From: a virus | DNA length: 51,993 nucleotides | IMG/VR virus record: IMGVR_UViG_3300004625_000001 | Strand: one strand, 5' to 3' | Shown: positions 33,071 through 42,502 of the stretch, piece by piece | Layout of the letters: each line of letters opens with the position of its first letter | How positions within the stretch are numbered: position 1 is the first letter of the stretch | Made by a program: the position numbers and the translations under genes | The notes under the pieces: model-generated | What the model was told of the DNA's origin: nothing | The model's database searches: none | Seen by the model: the letters and a program-made list of their open reading frames with translations, nothing else

Positions 33071-33383
33071 GCCCGTATTTCTGGGCGAGCTTCGCTTGAA
33101 GGGCACACTGTGCCTTCTTCTCGGTCGAGCTCATGGTCGAGAACATCTGTCCTTGAAGAGAGCGGACATTGTTGAAGTGCATGCGAGAGGCGTCATCGAG
33201 GTTCGCCACGGTCGTTTCCATGAAAGCGGCAGTCTTTGCATCGTCGAGCTTATAGCCGCAGAGATCAGCGGCCCCGATGATTTGCCCAACCTCGTTCGCG
33301 GTCATGAAGTCCTTGGTGTTGAGCGTCTGCGCCGATGCAGCGCTTGCCGCCATCATCAAGACCATTGCCAATGCCACGCGCAT
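33060..33383 (-). CDS. Secreted/periplasmic small protein (moron inside the tail module)
   Basis: Signal peptide MRVALAMVLMMAASAASAQT. Two Cys in the mature part. Opposite strand, between chaperone and tape measure. Confidence 0.7.
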   Translation of the reverse strand: MRVALAMVLMMAASAASAQTLNTKDFMTANEVGQIIGAADLCGYKLDDAKTAAFMETTVANLDDASRMHFNNVRSLQGQMFSTMSSTEKKAQCALQAKLAQKYGLTP

Positions 33384-33440
33384 CGAAAACCTCTCCGTTG
33401 AGGCCTGGAATGTGGCCCTGTTTCAATCGGATTTCAATCT

Positions 33441-35084
33441 ATGATCGTTGACGAACTTATCGCCATCCTTGGTTATGAGACCAGGGGTGAGGGCGAGCTG
33501 AAGAAGTTTCAGCAGTCTATCGATCAGACTGCGAAGCGGATCACGATTTTTGCTGCCGCTGCAGCGACCGCGGCGGCCGGCGCTCTGGCGGCACTCGGAA
33601 AGTCGGTCATCACCACGTCGGCGCAATTCGAAAGCTATGCCGCAACCCTGGAAACGATCGAGGGGAGTGCTGAAAAGGCACAGAAGGCGCTCGACTGGGT
33701 TTCTACCTTTGGCGCCAAGACGCCTTACGAGGTTGGCGAGGTCACTGAAGCCTTCGTTCGGCTGAAGTCCTACGGTATCGATCCCACGACCGGAGCGCTG
33801 GAATCCGTCGGCGATGCGTCCAGCGCCATGGGCAAGACCCTGATGCAGGGCGTTGAGGCAATCGCCGACGCTGCGACAGGTGAATTTGAGCGACTGAAGG
33901 AGTTCGGCATCACATCGAGCGTTGCCGGCGACAAGGTCACATTCAACTGGACGAAAAACAGCAAGACGCTGTCGAAGACCGTCAAGAAGAACAGCGCCGA
34001 AATCATCCAGTTCCTGAAGGACAACTTCGCAGACCGCTTTAATGGCGCGATGTTGAGGCAGTCCAAGACGTGGAACGGCATGGTGTCGAACCTCGGGGAC
34101 GCATGGACCGGCTTCCTTCGCAAGGTCGGTGATGCCGGCTTCTTCGATGCGGTAAAGCGCCAGCTTGGGCGGCTTCTCGATTTTATGGGCGAGTTGAGCT
34201 CGAATGGCACTCTCGAAAAGTTCGCCAAGGCGCTCGGGTCCGCTCTCGAGACCGGTGTCAACGCGGCAGTGTTCCTCGTGGATCGCCTGCGCCGGCATTT
34301 CGAGTTCCTGTCGCAGTGGGTTTCGGTCAACCCGGACCTGTTCAAGGCTATAGCCGTCGGTCTCGGGCTGATCGCCGCGGTAAAGTTCCCGTTCCTCACT
34401 GGTCTCCTGGTCCTTGAGGACATCCTGTCGTGGATGGAGGGCGGCGATAGCATAATCGGCAAATTCGCGGATGCTCTGTCGAAGCTGACCGGGATAGACA
34501 CCGACACCCTGAGCACCATCATCGCCACCCTTTCGGGAGGAGTGGCGCTTGCAGCCGTGGCATCGTCAATCGGCCTGATGACGGCGGCCATAACGCCTCT
34601 GACCGCCTCGCTCCTGGCGTTCGCTGCTGCTTTCGCCGCAGCAAAGGCAGGGCTGGACTATCTCGGGTTCGTGAAATCTAACCTCGACAAGAAAATCGAG
34701 GGCATCACGGCGGTCGATAACCCAAAGTCAAAGCCGGGATACGTCGAAGGCATGGGCGGCATCTACATGAAGGGTGCCGCCGTCGTCGATCAGCCGCGTC
34801 CGCCGAACCTCGAAGATTCCATGACCAAGGACGCCTTGGACTGGAAGCTGATGATGCAGAACGCCGAAGGCAACACTGCAAAGATGGGCGGCGGCGCTCC
34901 GGCCAATGCTGTCGTCAACGACAATAAGCAGGACAATCGGAACCAGTCTGTTCAGGTCAACGTAGGCGGCGTGCAGGTCAACGGTGTCGCCGGTACTGGC
35001 GCGGCTGTCGGCGCAGCCGTTGGCAACGCTGTCGGGCAGGGTGCTGCTCGCGCCTCCCGCTTCGAAAAGGATGATGCCTTCTGA
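33441..35084 (+). CDS. Tape measure protein
   Basis: 547 aa; TMP core (TSAQFESYAATLETIEGSAEKAQKALDWVSTFGAKTPYE); hydrophobic central segments; Gly/Ala-rich C-terminus. Confidence 0.9.
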   Translation: MIVDELIAILGYETRGEGELKKFQQSIDQTAKRITIFAAAAATAAAGALAALGKSVITTSAQFESYAATLETIEGSAEKAQKALDWVSTFGAKTPYEVGEVTEAFVRLKSYGIDPTTGALESVGDASSAMGKTLMQGVEAIADAATGEFERLKEFGITSSVAGDKVTFNWTKNSKTLSKTVKKNSAEIIQFLKDNFADRFNGAMLRQSKTWNGMVSNLGDAWTGFLRKVGDAGFFDAVKRQLGRLLDFMGELSSNGTLEKFAKALGSALETGVNAAVFLVDRLRRHFEFLSQWVSVNPDLFKAIAVGLGLIAAVKFPFLTGLLVLEDILSWMEGGDSIIGKFADALSKLTGIDTDTLSTIIATLSGGVALAAVASSIGLMTAAITPLTASLLAFAAAFAAAKAGLDYLGFVKSNLDKKIEGITAVDNPKSKPGYVEGMGGIYMKGAAVVDQPRPPNLEDSMTKDALDWKLMMQNAEGNTAKMGGGAPANAVVNDNKQDNRNQSVQVNVGGVQVNGVAGTGAAVGAAVGNAVGQGAARASRFEKDDAF

Positions 35085-35662
35085 TGTCTGTCATCGCCTT
35101 CTCCAGCGCCATCGGTCCCGTTGCCATCGACTGCGTCCTTTCGGAACGCCATAGCTCCGAGCTCGACATCACCGAGATCCCGATCGAGACCGGTGCGAAG
35201 ATCACCGACCACGCCATTATCGTTCCGAAGAGGATCACGCTCGACGTGGCGGACTATGGCGCAGCGGCCACCTATGCCGCCCTTGTCGCGTTTCAGGAAA
35301 GCCGTGTGCCGTTCTCGCTGGTGACTGGCCTGACGATCTACAACAGCATGCTGATCAAGCGGATCGATGCCGATCGCGATGCCGGTTCATCTCGCATTCT
35401 TCGCTGCCGGTGCGACCTGCAGGAGGTGATCATCGTCAGCACTTCCTATGCCGCGTCACCCGATGGTGACAACACAGGGCAGCGCGGCAAGGCAGGCGGG
35501 ACAAAAAGCACGAGAGCCGCGCCGCCGGCAGCCGAGCGATCAGGCGATGCGGTGACGGGCGACCGATCAACCGGCACGGTGCAGCGAGGCGATGCGGGCG
35601 TGACAACGGCACCAGCTAACCAATCGATCTTGAGCGGAATCACGGGGATTGGTCATCAATGA
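35084..35662 (+). CDS. Tail/baseplate-associated protein
   Basis: ATGA-type coupling to the tape measure gene; call is from position. Confidence 0.6.
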   Translation: MSVIAFSSAIGPVAIDCVLSERHSSELDITEIPIETGAKITDHAIIVPKRITLDVADYGAAATYAALVAFQESRVPFSLVTGLTIYNSMLIKRIDADRDAGSSRILRCRCDLQEVIIVSTSYAASPDGDNTGQRGKAGGTKSTRAAPPAAERSGDAVTGDRSTGTVQRGDAGVTTAPANQSILSGITGIGHQ

Positions 35663-35979
35663 ATGTCTTCAACGTCGTCGACTATGCCGATCAGCAGTTC
35701 GGAACGATCATCAATGGCCGCCGCGTGACTATCCGGTTGCGCTACAACACCACCATGGACCGTTGGAGCTTCGACCTCTCGATCGACAACCTTCCGGTAT
35801 TGACCGGTCGTCGCATTGTCCTGGGCGCCGACCTGCTCGCGCCATTTCGTCTCGGCCTCGGAAGCATCTTCGCTTATGCCGTGACGCCTGGAGCCGTTCC
35901 GGACCGCCGCGCCCTGCCAGCAGGAACCGTGCTGCTTATTCAGGCGTCGGATGCTGAACTGGAGGCTGCGGCTGCCTGA
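35659..35979 (+). CDS. Tail/baseplate-associated small protein
   Basis: 106 aa, coupled. Confidence 0.6.
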   Translation: MNVFNVVDYADQQFGTIINGRRVTIRLRYNTTMDRWSFDLSIDNLPVLTGRRIVLGADLLAPFRLGLGSIFAYAVTPGAVPDRRALPAGTVLLIQASDAELEAAAA

Positions 35980-36863
35980 TGCGCCAGTATCTTCGCAAGG
36001 TGCGGGCAACCTTCAACGGGGGCCTGCTTATCAATCCGGGCGGGATCAACCCGCACGATATCCGCATCGAGTTCAACATCGACAAGGACACGTCGTCTTC
36101 GCCGAACTCTGCCGAGATCACGATTTTCAACCTGTCGGAAAGCCATAGGAACAGCGTCGGCAAGGAGTTCGACGCGATAACGCTTGAGGCCGGCTACATC
36201 CCGCCTGAAGGCTCTGGGAATGTGGGCGTCATCTTCAAGGGGGCTGTTCGTGATGTCGAGCATCGCCGTGAAGGCCCGAACATCATGACCATCATCTCAT
36301 GCGGTGATGGATCGAAGGCCCTCCGGCGGGCGACGATATCGAAATCGTTTCCCAAGGGAACGCCGGTCAAGGATGTGGTCGACGAGCTATCCAAGCAGCT
36401 CGAGAAGGAAGGCGTCAGCCGCGGCGAGTGGAAGTTCCCGGAAGACGTCGAGAGCAAGACCTTCAAGCGGCCCTATGCCGTATGTGGTTCCTGCGCGCGC
36501 GAGCTCGATACGATCGGCCGGGGCAATGGCTTCTACTGGAACATGCAGAACGAGACGATGGAGATTATCCCGAGCGATGGCTTCATCGGTGGCGTGGTTC
36601 TCATCACGCCTGAGACGGGCATGATCGGCACACCGGCAATCACGGACAACGGTGTTCGGGTGACCGCGCTGCTCAATCCCGAGATCCGGCCCAACCGCCG
36701 CGTCCAGTTGAAAAGTGACACGCTCGAAATGAATGGTGATGACGGCATGTATCGCGTCACCGGCGTCTCTTACTCCGGCAACAACATGGATGGCGAGATG
36801 AAGGTCGACATCACCGGCGAGGCGGTCAAGAGCGGCAAGATAGACGAGGGGATCAAGAGATAA
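35979..36863 (+). CDS. Baseplate hub protein (XkdQ / late-control-D-like)
   Basis: IRIEFNIDKDTSSSPNSAEITIFNLSE...ITLEAGY pattern. Confidence 0.7.
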   Translation: MRQYLRKVRATFNGGLLINPGGINPHDIRIEFNIDKDTSSSPNSAEITIFNLSESHRNSVGKEFDAITLEAGYIPPEGSGNVGVIFKGAVRDVEHRREGPNIMTIISCGDGSKALRRATISKSFPKGTPVKDVVDELSKQLEKEGVSRGEWKFPEDVESKTFKRPYAVCGSCARELDTIGRGNGFYWNMQNETMEIIPSDGFIGGVVLITPETGMIGTPAITDNGVRVTALLNPEIRPNRRVQLKSDTLEMNGDDGMYRVTGVSYSGNNMDGEMKVDITGEAVKSGKIDEGIKR

Positions 36864-37525
36864 TGGTCGGATACCTCGGCAAGCGCACCAACCAGCAGCG
36901 CGACATCACCGGTCAGCAGGCGCAGAGCGAGCGCGAAGCGATGTGGGGGCCGATCCCCGGCGAGATCGTATCCTACGACCCTGCAAGCCAGACGGCGACC
37001 GTGCAGCCGCTCTATAAGCCCGTGCACAATGGGCAGCCGGTGGCGATGCCGCAGTTGTTTGAAGTCCCTGTGGATCTGCCGCGCACGGCAAGCGCCGGCA
37101 TGACCTTCCCGATCCCTGCCGGGACGAAGGTGATGCTTTCTCCGATGATGCGTAGCATGGACAACTACGACACCGATGGCGACGGCGCTCCTTTCGATGG
37201 CCGGTCCTTCCACCTCGCGGACATGCGGGCGACGATCTCCGGCGGCGACAGTGTTTCGGATCCGCTCCAGAACGTCGACCCGGACAACACTCACGTGCGG
37301 TTTGATGCAGCCGGCGAATATGGTCTCAAGGGCTCCCCCGAAGGAAAGTTCGATCTGATAGGCAGCGAGGGCAGCATCTTCGATCTGCTCATCGCCCATG
37401 TCGAACTCACCTCGGAAGGCTTCAAGAAGCTTGGCGCAGAGGGCCTTGATCACTCGCCGCGATACGACCAGATCGGCGACGAACTGGCTGTCATTGCGGA
37501 CAAACTGAGGGCGATGCAGATATGA
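36863..37525 (+). CDS. Baseplate spike (Gp138 / gpV-like)
   Basis: GEIVSYDPASQTATVQPLYK... N-terminal OB-like motif. Confidence 0.65.
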   Translation: MVGYLGKRTNQQRDITGQQAQSEREAMWGPIPGEIVSYDPASQTATVQPLYKPVHNGQPVAMPQLFEVPVDLPRTASAGMTFPIPAGTKVMLSPMMRSMDNYDTDGDGAPFDGRSFHLADMRATISGGDSVSDPLQNVDPDNTHVRFDAAGEYGLKGSPEGKFDLIGSEGSIFDLLIAHVELTSEGFKKLGAEGLDHSPRYDQIGDELAVIADKLRAMQI

Positions 37526-37887
37526 CTTCAGTTCGCTTTGCCCTGGCGATCGATCAGGCGACGAATGACCTGTTCCTCGCCGGCGATGGCAATCTGGCGA
37601 CCGTGACTGACGCCGAGGCTGTGGGACAGCACGTCAGGCAGCGACTGTCGACCTTCGCTCGAGAGTGGTTTCTCGACACGACGGCTGGCGTCCCATGGCT
37701 CGATCAGATCCTCGGCAGGGCTTACGACCCCGCACTCGCCGAATCCGTCGTCAAGGCGGAGATCCTGAACACCGATGGCGTGACCGAAATCACGTCCTTC
37801 TCGGTCTCGTTCGACAAAGCGACCCGCGGGCTGATCATCCGTTCAGTCGAGGTCGGCACCATTTTCGATGAAGAGGTTTCCATCTGA
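37522..37887 (+). CDS. Baseplate wedge protein (gp25/W- or XkdS-like)
   Basis: 121 aa before the baseplate J gene; ...REWFLDTTAGVPW.... Confidence 0.6.
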   Translation: MTSVRFALAIDQATNDLFLAGDGNLATVTDAEAVGQHVRQRLSTFAREWFLDTTAGVPWLDQILGRAYDPALAESVVKAEILNTDGVTEITSFSVSFDKATRGLIIRSVEVGTIFDEEVSI

Positions 37888-38786
37888 TGACTGATTACGG
37901 TGTCGTCGTCTCTGGCTTCTCCCGCAAGCCGCTATCCGTCATTCTCGGCGAGATCGAGCAGTCGAATATCGGCATCTTTGGTCCGGGCGTCATCCAGACA
38001 TCGCAGAGCCCCATGGGCCAATTGAACGGCCTTCGCGCCGATCTCCTGGCAGCAGCATGGGAGATGTTCGAAGACATCTATCAGAGCTATGACCCGGATC
38101 AGGCAGAGGATACGCGCCTCGATATCCTCGCTCGTTTGCGGCTCATCACCAGAGCCCCGGATGAGACCGACGAATCGCTGCGCCAAGCGATCACCAATCT
38201 CGGCGTTCCCAACACCCGCGATGCTGATTTCTACAGGGCTATCATCAATATCGACGGCGTGACGTGGGCGAAAATCTACAGCAACGACACCGGCGCCACC
38301 GACGCAAACGGCTTGGCTGCTCATAGTGTCTCGGTCGTCGCAATCGGCGGCAGTGACGAGCAAGTCGCACTATCCGCTCGGCAGTATGTGGTCCCCGGCA
38401 TCTCCACCTATGGAAACACGATGGTCTCGACAGAGATTGAAGGGTTTTGCCGCTCCATCCAGATCATGCGGCCGGAGCAAGTCCCGATCTTCCTCAACTT
38501 GACGGTATCCAAAACGAACGATGCGGCTGGATGCCCACCACCGTCTAACGCTGCCATCGCACAAACCCTATTTGCAGGCATGACCGGCGAAAACCGACCG
38601 GCGAATGGCAAGGACATCACCTTGCACCTTATCCGGACGATCATCTCGTGCGTCTATCCGAACGTCGAGGTGACGGTCGCGACGGGGAACCGTGTAGGCT
38701 CGGGCGCCGCAGCTCTGCCGATCGTCATCGATTTCGACGAGATGGCCTCGATAACGCTTGCCAACATAGCTATCACGGCGGTGTGA
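37887..38786 (+). CDS. Baseplate J-like protein
   Basis: 299 aa; ...DPDQAEDTRLDILARL... is typical of the J family. Confidence 0.75.
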   Translation: MTDYGVVVSGFSRKPLSVILGEIEQSNIGIFGPGVIQTSQSPMGQLNGLRADLLAAAWEMFEDIYQSYDPDQAEDTRLDILARLRLITRAPDETDESLRQAITNLGVPNTRDADFYRAIINIDGVTWAKIYSNDTGATDANGLAAHSVSVVAIGGSDEQVALSARQYVVPGISTYGNTMVSTEIEGFCRSIQIMRPEQVPIFLNLTVSKTNDAAGCPPPSNAAIAQTLFAGMTGENRPANGKDITLHLIRTIISCVYPNVEVTVATGNRVGSGAAALPIVIDFDEMASITLANIAITAV

Positions 38787-38787
38787 C

Positions 38788-39495
38788 ATGGAGTGCCCCG
38801 ATAAGGCGACCATCGTTGAGGAGCGGATCAACCGTATCCTAACTCAATACCGCGAAAGCCCGAACCTTCTCGGCATCATCCGCCGTGATCTGGGAGAACT
38901 GGCCGATATCATCGTCTCCTCCTGCGAGATGCCTGATGAGTTCGACATTCTCTCCGCTGTCGGCGATCAGTTGACGCTACTGGGGAAACGGCTTGGTTGG
39001 CCGCGATGCCATTGCATTTGCGTACCTGTTCCGGTGTTCGGATTCGACTGCGGCCCTGCAAACCCGAACGTGACCATCGTCGGTCTTTGCGAAGGTGGCG
39101 TGTGGTCAGGCTGCCAGGAAGCCGGCGACGGCGATATCTGTCTCGATGACGATGAAACCTATCGTCGCTACCTATTGGCTCGCCGGTACCAGGCGCGCCA
39201 GCTCTGGGATATCGACAGTCTCCAAGCGGCGGCAGAGCATATCTGGGGCGACGACGTCACTGTCACCAGCATGGGTGGCGCCCGTGTCGCCATCCAGCCG
39301 GGACGGGCACTGAGCGCGCTTGAAGAGATTCAACTTCCCGTCGCGTTTCGGGTCCTTCCTTTAGCCCCTGGGATCACGCCGTACATCTCACGCGACGTCG
39401 GAAAAATCTTCGGCTTCGGTGCCGGATGGGGCGGACTCTGCGAAGGCTCCATCTGGTTCTGCCCTCAGGAATTTGACCCTTACAACTGCGCCTAA
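38788..39495 (+). CDS. DUF2612-like baseplate/tail protein
   Basis: ILTQYRESPNLLGIIR... signature; position after J. Confidence 0.65.
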   Translation: MECPDKATIVEERINRILTQYRESPNLLGIIRRDLGELADIIVSSCEMPDEFDILSAVGDQLTLLGKRLGWPRCHCICVPVPVFGFDCGPANPNVTIVGLCEGGVWSGCQEAGDGDICLDDDETYRRYLLARRYQARQLWDIDSLQAAAEHIWGDDVTVTSMGGARVAIQPGRALSALEEIQLPVAFRVLPLAPGITPYISRDVGKIFGFGAGWGGLCEGSIWFCPQEFDPYNCA

Positions 39496-39510
39496 AGCGA
39501 GGTTCATGAC

Positions 39511-40500
39511 ATGCCTTTTTACACTGACGGTGTTGTTCCCTGGAACAGCCTCGACGACAACACGCGCGCGCCTCTCGCGTCAGAACTTGAGAGCGGCTAT
39601 CCCTGCGGCCCAGCGGATCAGGAGCTGTTCAACTGGACGGCCGGCTGGCCAATCGGCAATATTTGGAACGTGTTGCTTGCCGCTGGCATCACGCCTGATA
39701 CCGATAAGCTTCTCGACCTCGCCAAGGCGATTCAGAGCGGCAAGATCAACTATGCGGCGGCAGGAGGCACGGCGAACGTGCTGACCGCTGCCCTCACACT
39801 CGCACCAACAGCATATACAGTCGGCCTGCGAGTGGTTTTGCTAATCGCTTTGGCAAACACTGGCGCAGTCACGTTGAATTTGAATGGCCTCGGGGCAAAG
39901 GCTGTCACCAAGGTCGACGGCAGCGCGCTGATGGCGAACCATTTGAGGCCTGGTCTTGTTGTTGATCTTGTATACGACGGGACCAGATTTTTGGTGATGT
40001 CGGCACCGCGCCCGGCGACACAAGCGGAAGCCGATGCTGGTGTGAGTGACGTCGGATACATCACTCCGTTGATATCAGCGAAGAAGAAAGCTTCGTACAT
40101 GTCGGCTTCCTCTGGGAGTCAGTCTATTCCCAGCGGTGTGTTCACCACCTTCACCAGCTTCGGCGCCGTTGCCACCCATTTTCAGGGCGCGAGCACCTTC
40201 GCATCCGGCCTTCTGACTATCGGGGCGGGCGATGAAGGCCTTTGGTATCTCGGTTTCTCTGCGCGGCAAAATGGACTCGGCACCGTGGGTCAGGCAACGC
40301 AGATAACTGTCAATGGTGTGGCGGTCGCCAGCGATGGCGCACAAACTTCTGGCAGCAGTGCTGTCGGCCACTCTTCACCCAGCGTGGCGGTGGTCCTCAA
40401 TGTCGGAGACATCGTCGCCTTCCAGGTCTCTCAGACCACAGGCGGCAGCGTCACCTTCAACAGTTACAATCTTTCCGCCGCCCGTATTGGCGCCTCTTAA
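39511..40500 (+). CDS. Tail fibre protein
   Basis: 329 aa; Gly/Ala/Thr-rich beta-type sequence after the baseplate genes. Confidence 0.7.
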   Translation: MPFYTDGVVPWNSLDDNTRAPLASELESGYPCGPADQELFNWTAGWPIGNIWNVLLAAGITPDTDKLLDLAKAIQSGKINYAAAGGTANVLTAALTLAPTAYTVGLRVVLLIALANTGAVTLNLNGLGAKAVTKVDGSALMANHLRPGLVVDLVYDGTRFLVMSAPRPATQAEADAGVSDVGYITPLISAKKKASYMSASSGSQSIPSGVFTTFTSFGAVATHFQGASTFASGLLTIGAGDEGLWYLGFSARQNGLGTVGQATQITVNGVAVASDGAQTSGSSAVGHSSPSVAVVLNVGDIVAFQVSQTTGGSVTFNSYNLSAARIGAS

Positions 40501-40511
40501 GGAAGACTTCC

Positions 40512-41048
40512 ATGAGTGCAAAATTCGAACTTTCGCCAGATGACGTGACGCTGATCTCCTCCACCCTTAATCTTTCAGGGGCCTCTTACGAGGATGGCTT
40601 CCTGGTGGCTGATGGCCATACCGCGACTGCCATCGAGACGATGCTTGCCGATGAAGACTGGCGGGCCGCGCAGGCCCCTGGGCAATTGAATAGACTAAAG
40701 ACTATGATAAAGCTCGAAATTGATGCCTCCGCCGAAGCGGAACGGCTCAAATACATCACTCCCGGCTCCGGCCAGGCGCTGACCTACAGCCAAAAATCAG
40801 ACGAGGCAAATCGGTATCTGATGGCGGCGTCGCCGGTCGCGGCAGATTATCCATTGCTTTCCGCCGAGGTCGGCATCACTGCATCCGACATCAGCGGGGT
40901 GGCCGCTGTTGTCAAGGCAGCGTTCACGCAATGGCAGATCATTGGAGCCCGCATAGAAGCGACCCGCCTGAAAGCTAAAGCGTCCATCGAAGAGGCTAGC
41001 ACAGAAGAGGCCGTGAGGGCCGCGGCAGCGGCAGTGGTGTGGCCCTAA
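40512..41048 (+). CDS. Tail fibre assembly/chaperone-like protein (DUF4376-like)
   Basis: Start MSAKFELS at 40512; last gene of the late structural operon. Confidence 0.5.
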   Translation: MSAKFELSPDDVTLISSTLNLSGASYEDGFLVADGHTATAIETMLADEDWRAAQAPGQLNRLKTMIKLEIDASAEAERLKYITPGSGQALTYSQKSDEANRYLMAASPVAADYPLLSAEVGITASDISGVAAVVKAAFTQWQIIGARIEATRLKAKASIEEASTEEAVRAAAAAVVWP

Positions 41049-41065
41049 GCCCTGCCGACCGGAAG

Positions 41066-41479
41066 CTACGCCCCCAGCTTTTGGCGGCCGATCAGTCTGA
41101 GCGTCAGATTGCGGCCGAACCGCAAAACTGGATAAACCACTTTCGAAACGGTCGGCGACCGAAAGATCAGGGCATTCACCCGGTTGAACCAATCGCTCTC
41201 GCTGCTTAACAGCGCCAAGCGGTTGATGCTGTCAGCGCCGAAATATGTCCTGCCATCCATTAGCAAGACCATCCCGTCATCCAATGACATGCCGCGGCTT
41301 TGGAAAGCGACGACCAGATCTGGATTCAACCTTGCGTCAATAAGTAATACCTCTCCAATCGCAGACCGGAGGCGCTGAAACTTCACGAAGTTCGAACAGA
41401 ATGGACAATCGCCGTCATAGACGATGACCGTCTTGCCCTTCCACTCGGGACGAAAACCTATATCCGTTGTGGATATCAT
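41066..41479 (-). CDS. DCC1/DUF393-family thiol-disulfide oxidoreductase
   Basis: VIVYDGDCPFCSNFV is the DCC CxxC signature. Confidence 0.8.
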   Translation of the reverse strand: MISTTDIGFRPEWKGKTVIVYDGDCPFCSNFVKFQRLRSAIGEVLLIDARLNPDLVVAFQSRGMSLDDGMVLLMDGRTYFGADSINRLALLSSESDWFNRVNALIFRSPTVSKVVYPVLRFGRNLTLRLIGRQKLGA

Positions 41480-41572
41480 GAAAAGCTACCGATCTACCTT
41501 GGCTTCGGATACCGCAGAACGTAGGTTCGCCACCGCCAGGGATCAAGCGCAAATCGTTCAAAGCCTGCACCG

Positions 41573-42502
41573 TTGACAAGAAACGGTTCGGGGAATTATA
41601 CCCGACCCGATTGTAGGGAGACGCAATTGACAACCGCAGCAGTTGATCAGGACCTCGCGCGACGGCTCTCCATTGGACTTCGTGCCTACCTTTCGTTCGT
41701 CATCGCAGTCGGTTTGGCCTTGCCCCTGCTTAGCCTCCTTCAGGACAAGGGAACGATCCACGTCACATGGTTGAGTAATACCGGACGATCGATGTTGCCT
41801 TGGGCAATTTTTGTAGCCGTAGCTTTCGTCCTCTTCCAGAAATTTGTCCGTAGATCTTGCATGTCGATAGCCGCCTGGGCGCTCGAAACGCCGGGCGACC
41901 GATATCGATGGGTCGTCGTCGGCTGCTGTCTTTTGATATTCACGAGCTACTCCTGGCAGCTGCATATCGGCATCGCGCACCGCGGAGTGCCGGGGTGGGT
42001 GTACGCTGGCATGCCAGACGTCATCCAACCCGAGGAGCCCGCGAAGCTTTCCCTGCCGCCCGATATCGACCCCGCCGTTTTCAAGGCCGCGCTGCAGCCA
42101 TGGGTGATGCCGTATATCCATCGGAGCGGCTATGCGTCGAGCGAGGTTCTGTTCCTCCATTTCAAGGACGGAACGATGCGACCAGCCAATTATGAACTCG
42201 CCATGGTCAGCTGGCCGAAATCCACTTTTGGACTGGCGAATGGGCAAATGACCCACGGCCCCGAATTCTTGGCGATCGTCAAACACAACTTCGCAAACCG
42301 CCGCGCCGGCGGCCCGTTCTTGATGCCTGGCGCCATTTCGTATCCCAGCCATCTAAACTACCAGCGCATCGACTATCGTGGGTACCCGGCAGCGGAGGAG
42401 ATCGTGGGAGCTTCATTATGGACACTCACAGTCCGGATAGACGATCATGCAGGGGCGGTAAATATCGTCGGGGCGACAAAGGTTGCACAGGTGAACGGAT
42501 GA
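41573..42502 (+). CDS. Multi-pass membrane protein with ~170-aa extracytoplasmic C-terminal domain
   Basis: Three hydrophobic helices, then a soluble domain. The start is non-ATG (TTG at 41573, or TTG near 41627 after GGGAG). ATGA-coupled to the HTTM gene. Confidence 0.65.
   Translation: MTRNGSGNYTRPDCRETQLTTAAVDQDLARRLSIGLRAYLSFVIAVGLALPLLSLLQDKGTIHVTWLSNTGRSMLPWAIFVAVAFVLFQKFVRRSCMSIAAWALETPGDRYRWVVVGCCLLIFTSYSWQLHIGIAHRGVPGWVYAGMPDVIQPEEPAKLSLPPDIDPAVFKAALQPWVMPYIHRSGYASSEVLFLHFKDGTMRPANYELAMVSWPKSTFGLANGQMTHGPEFLAIVKHNFANRRAGGPFLMPGAISYPSHLNYQRIDYRGYPAAEEIVGASLWTLTVRIDDHAGAVNIVGATKVAQVNG

Noticed and set aside
41558-42352. 264-aa minus-strand ORF in the HTTM module
   Set aside because: It is antisense to the membrane-protein gene that is ATGA-coupled to the HTTM gene. 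It has no hydrophobic or other features and is Arg/Gly-rich.
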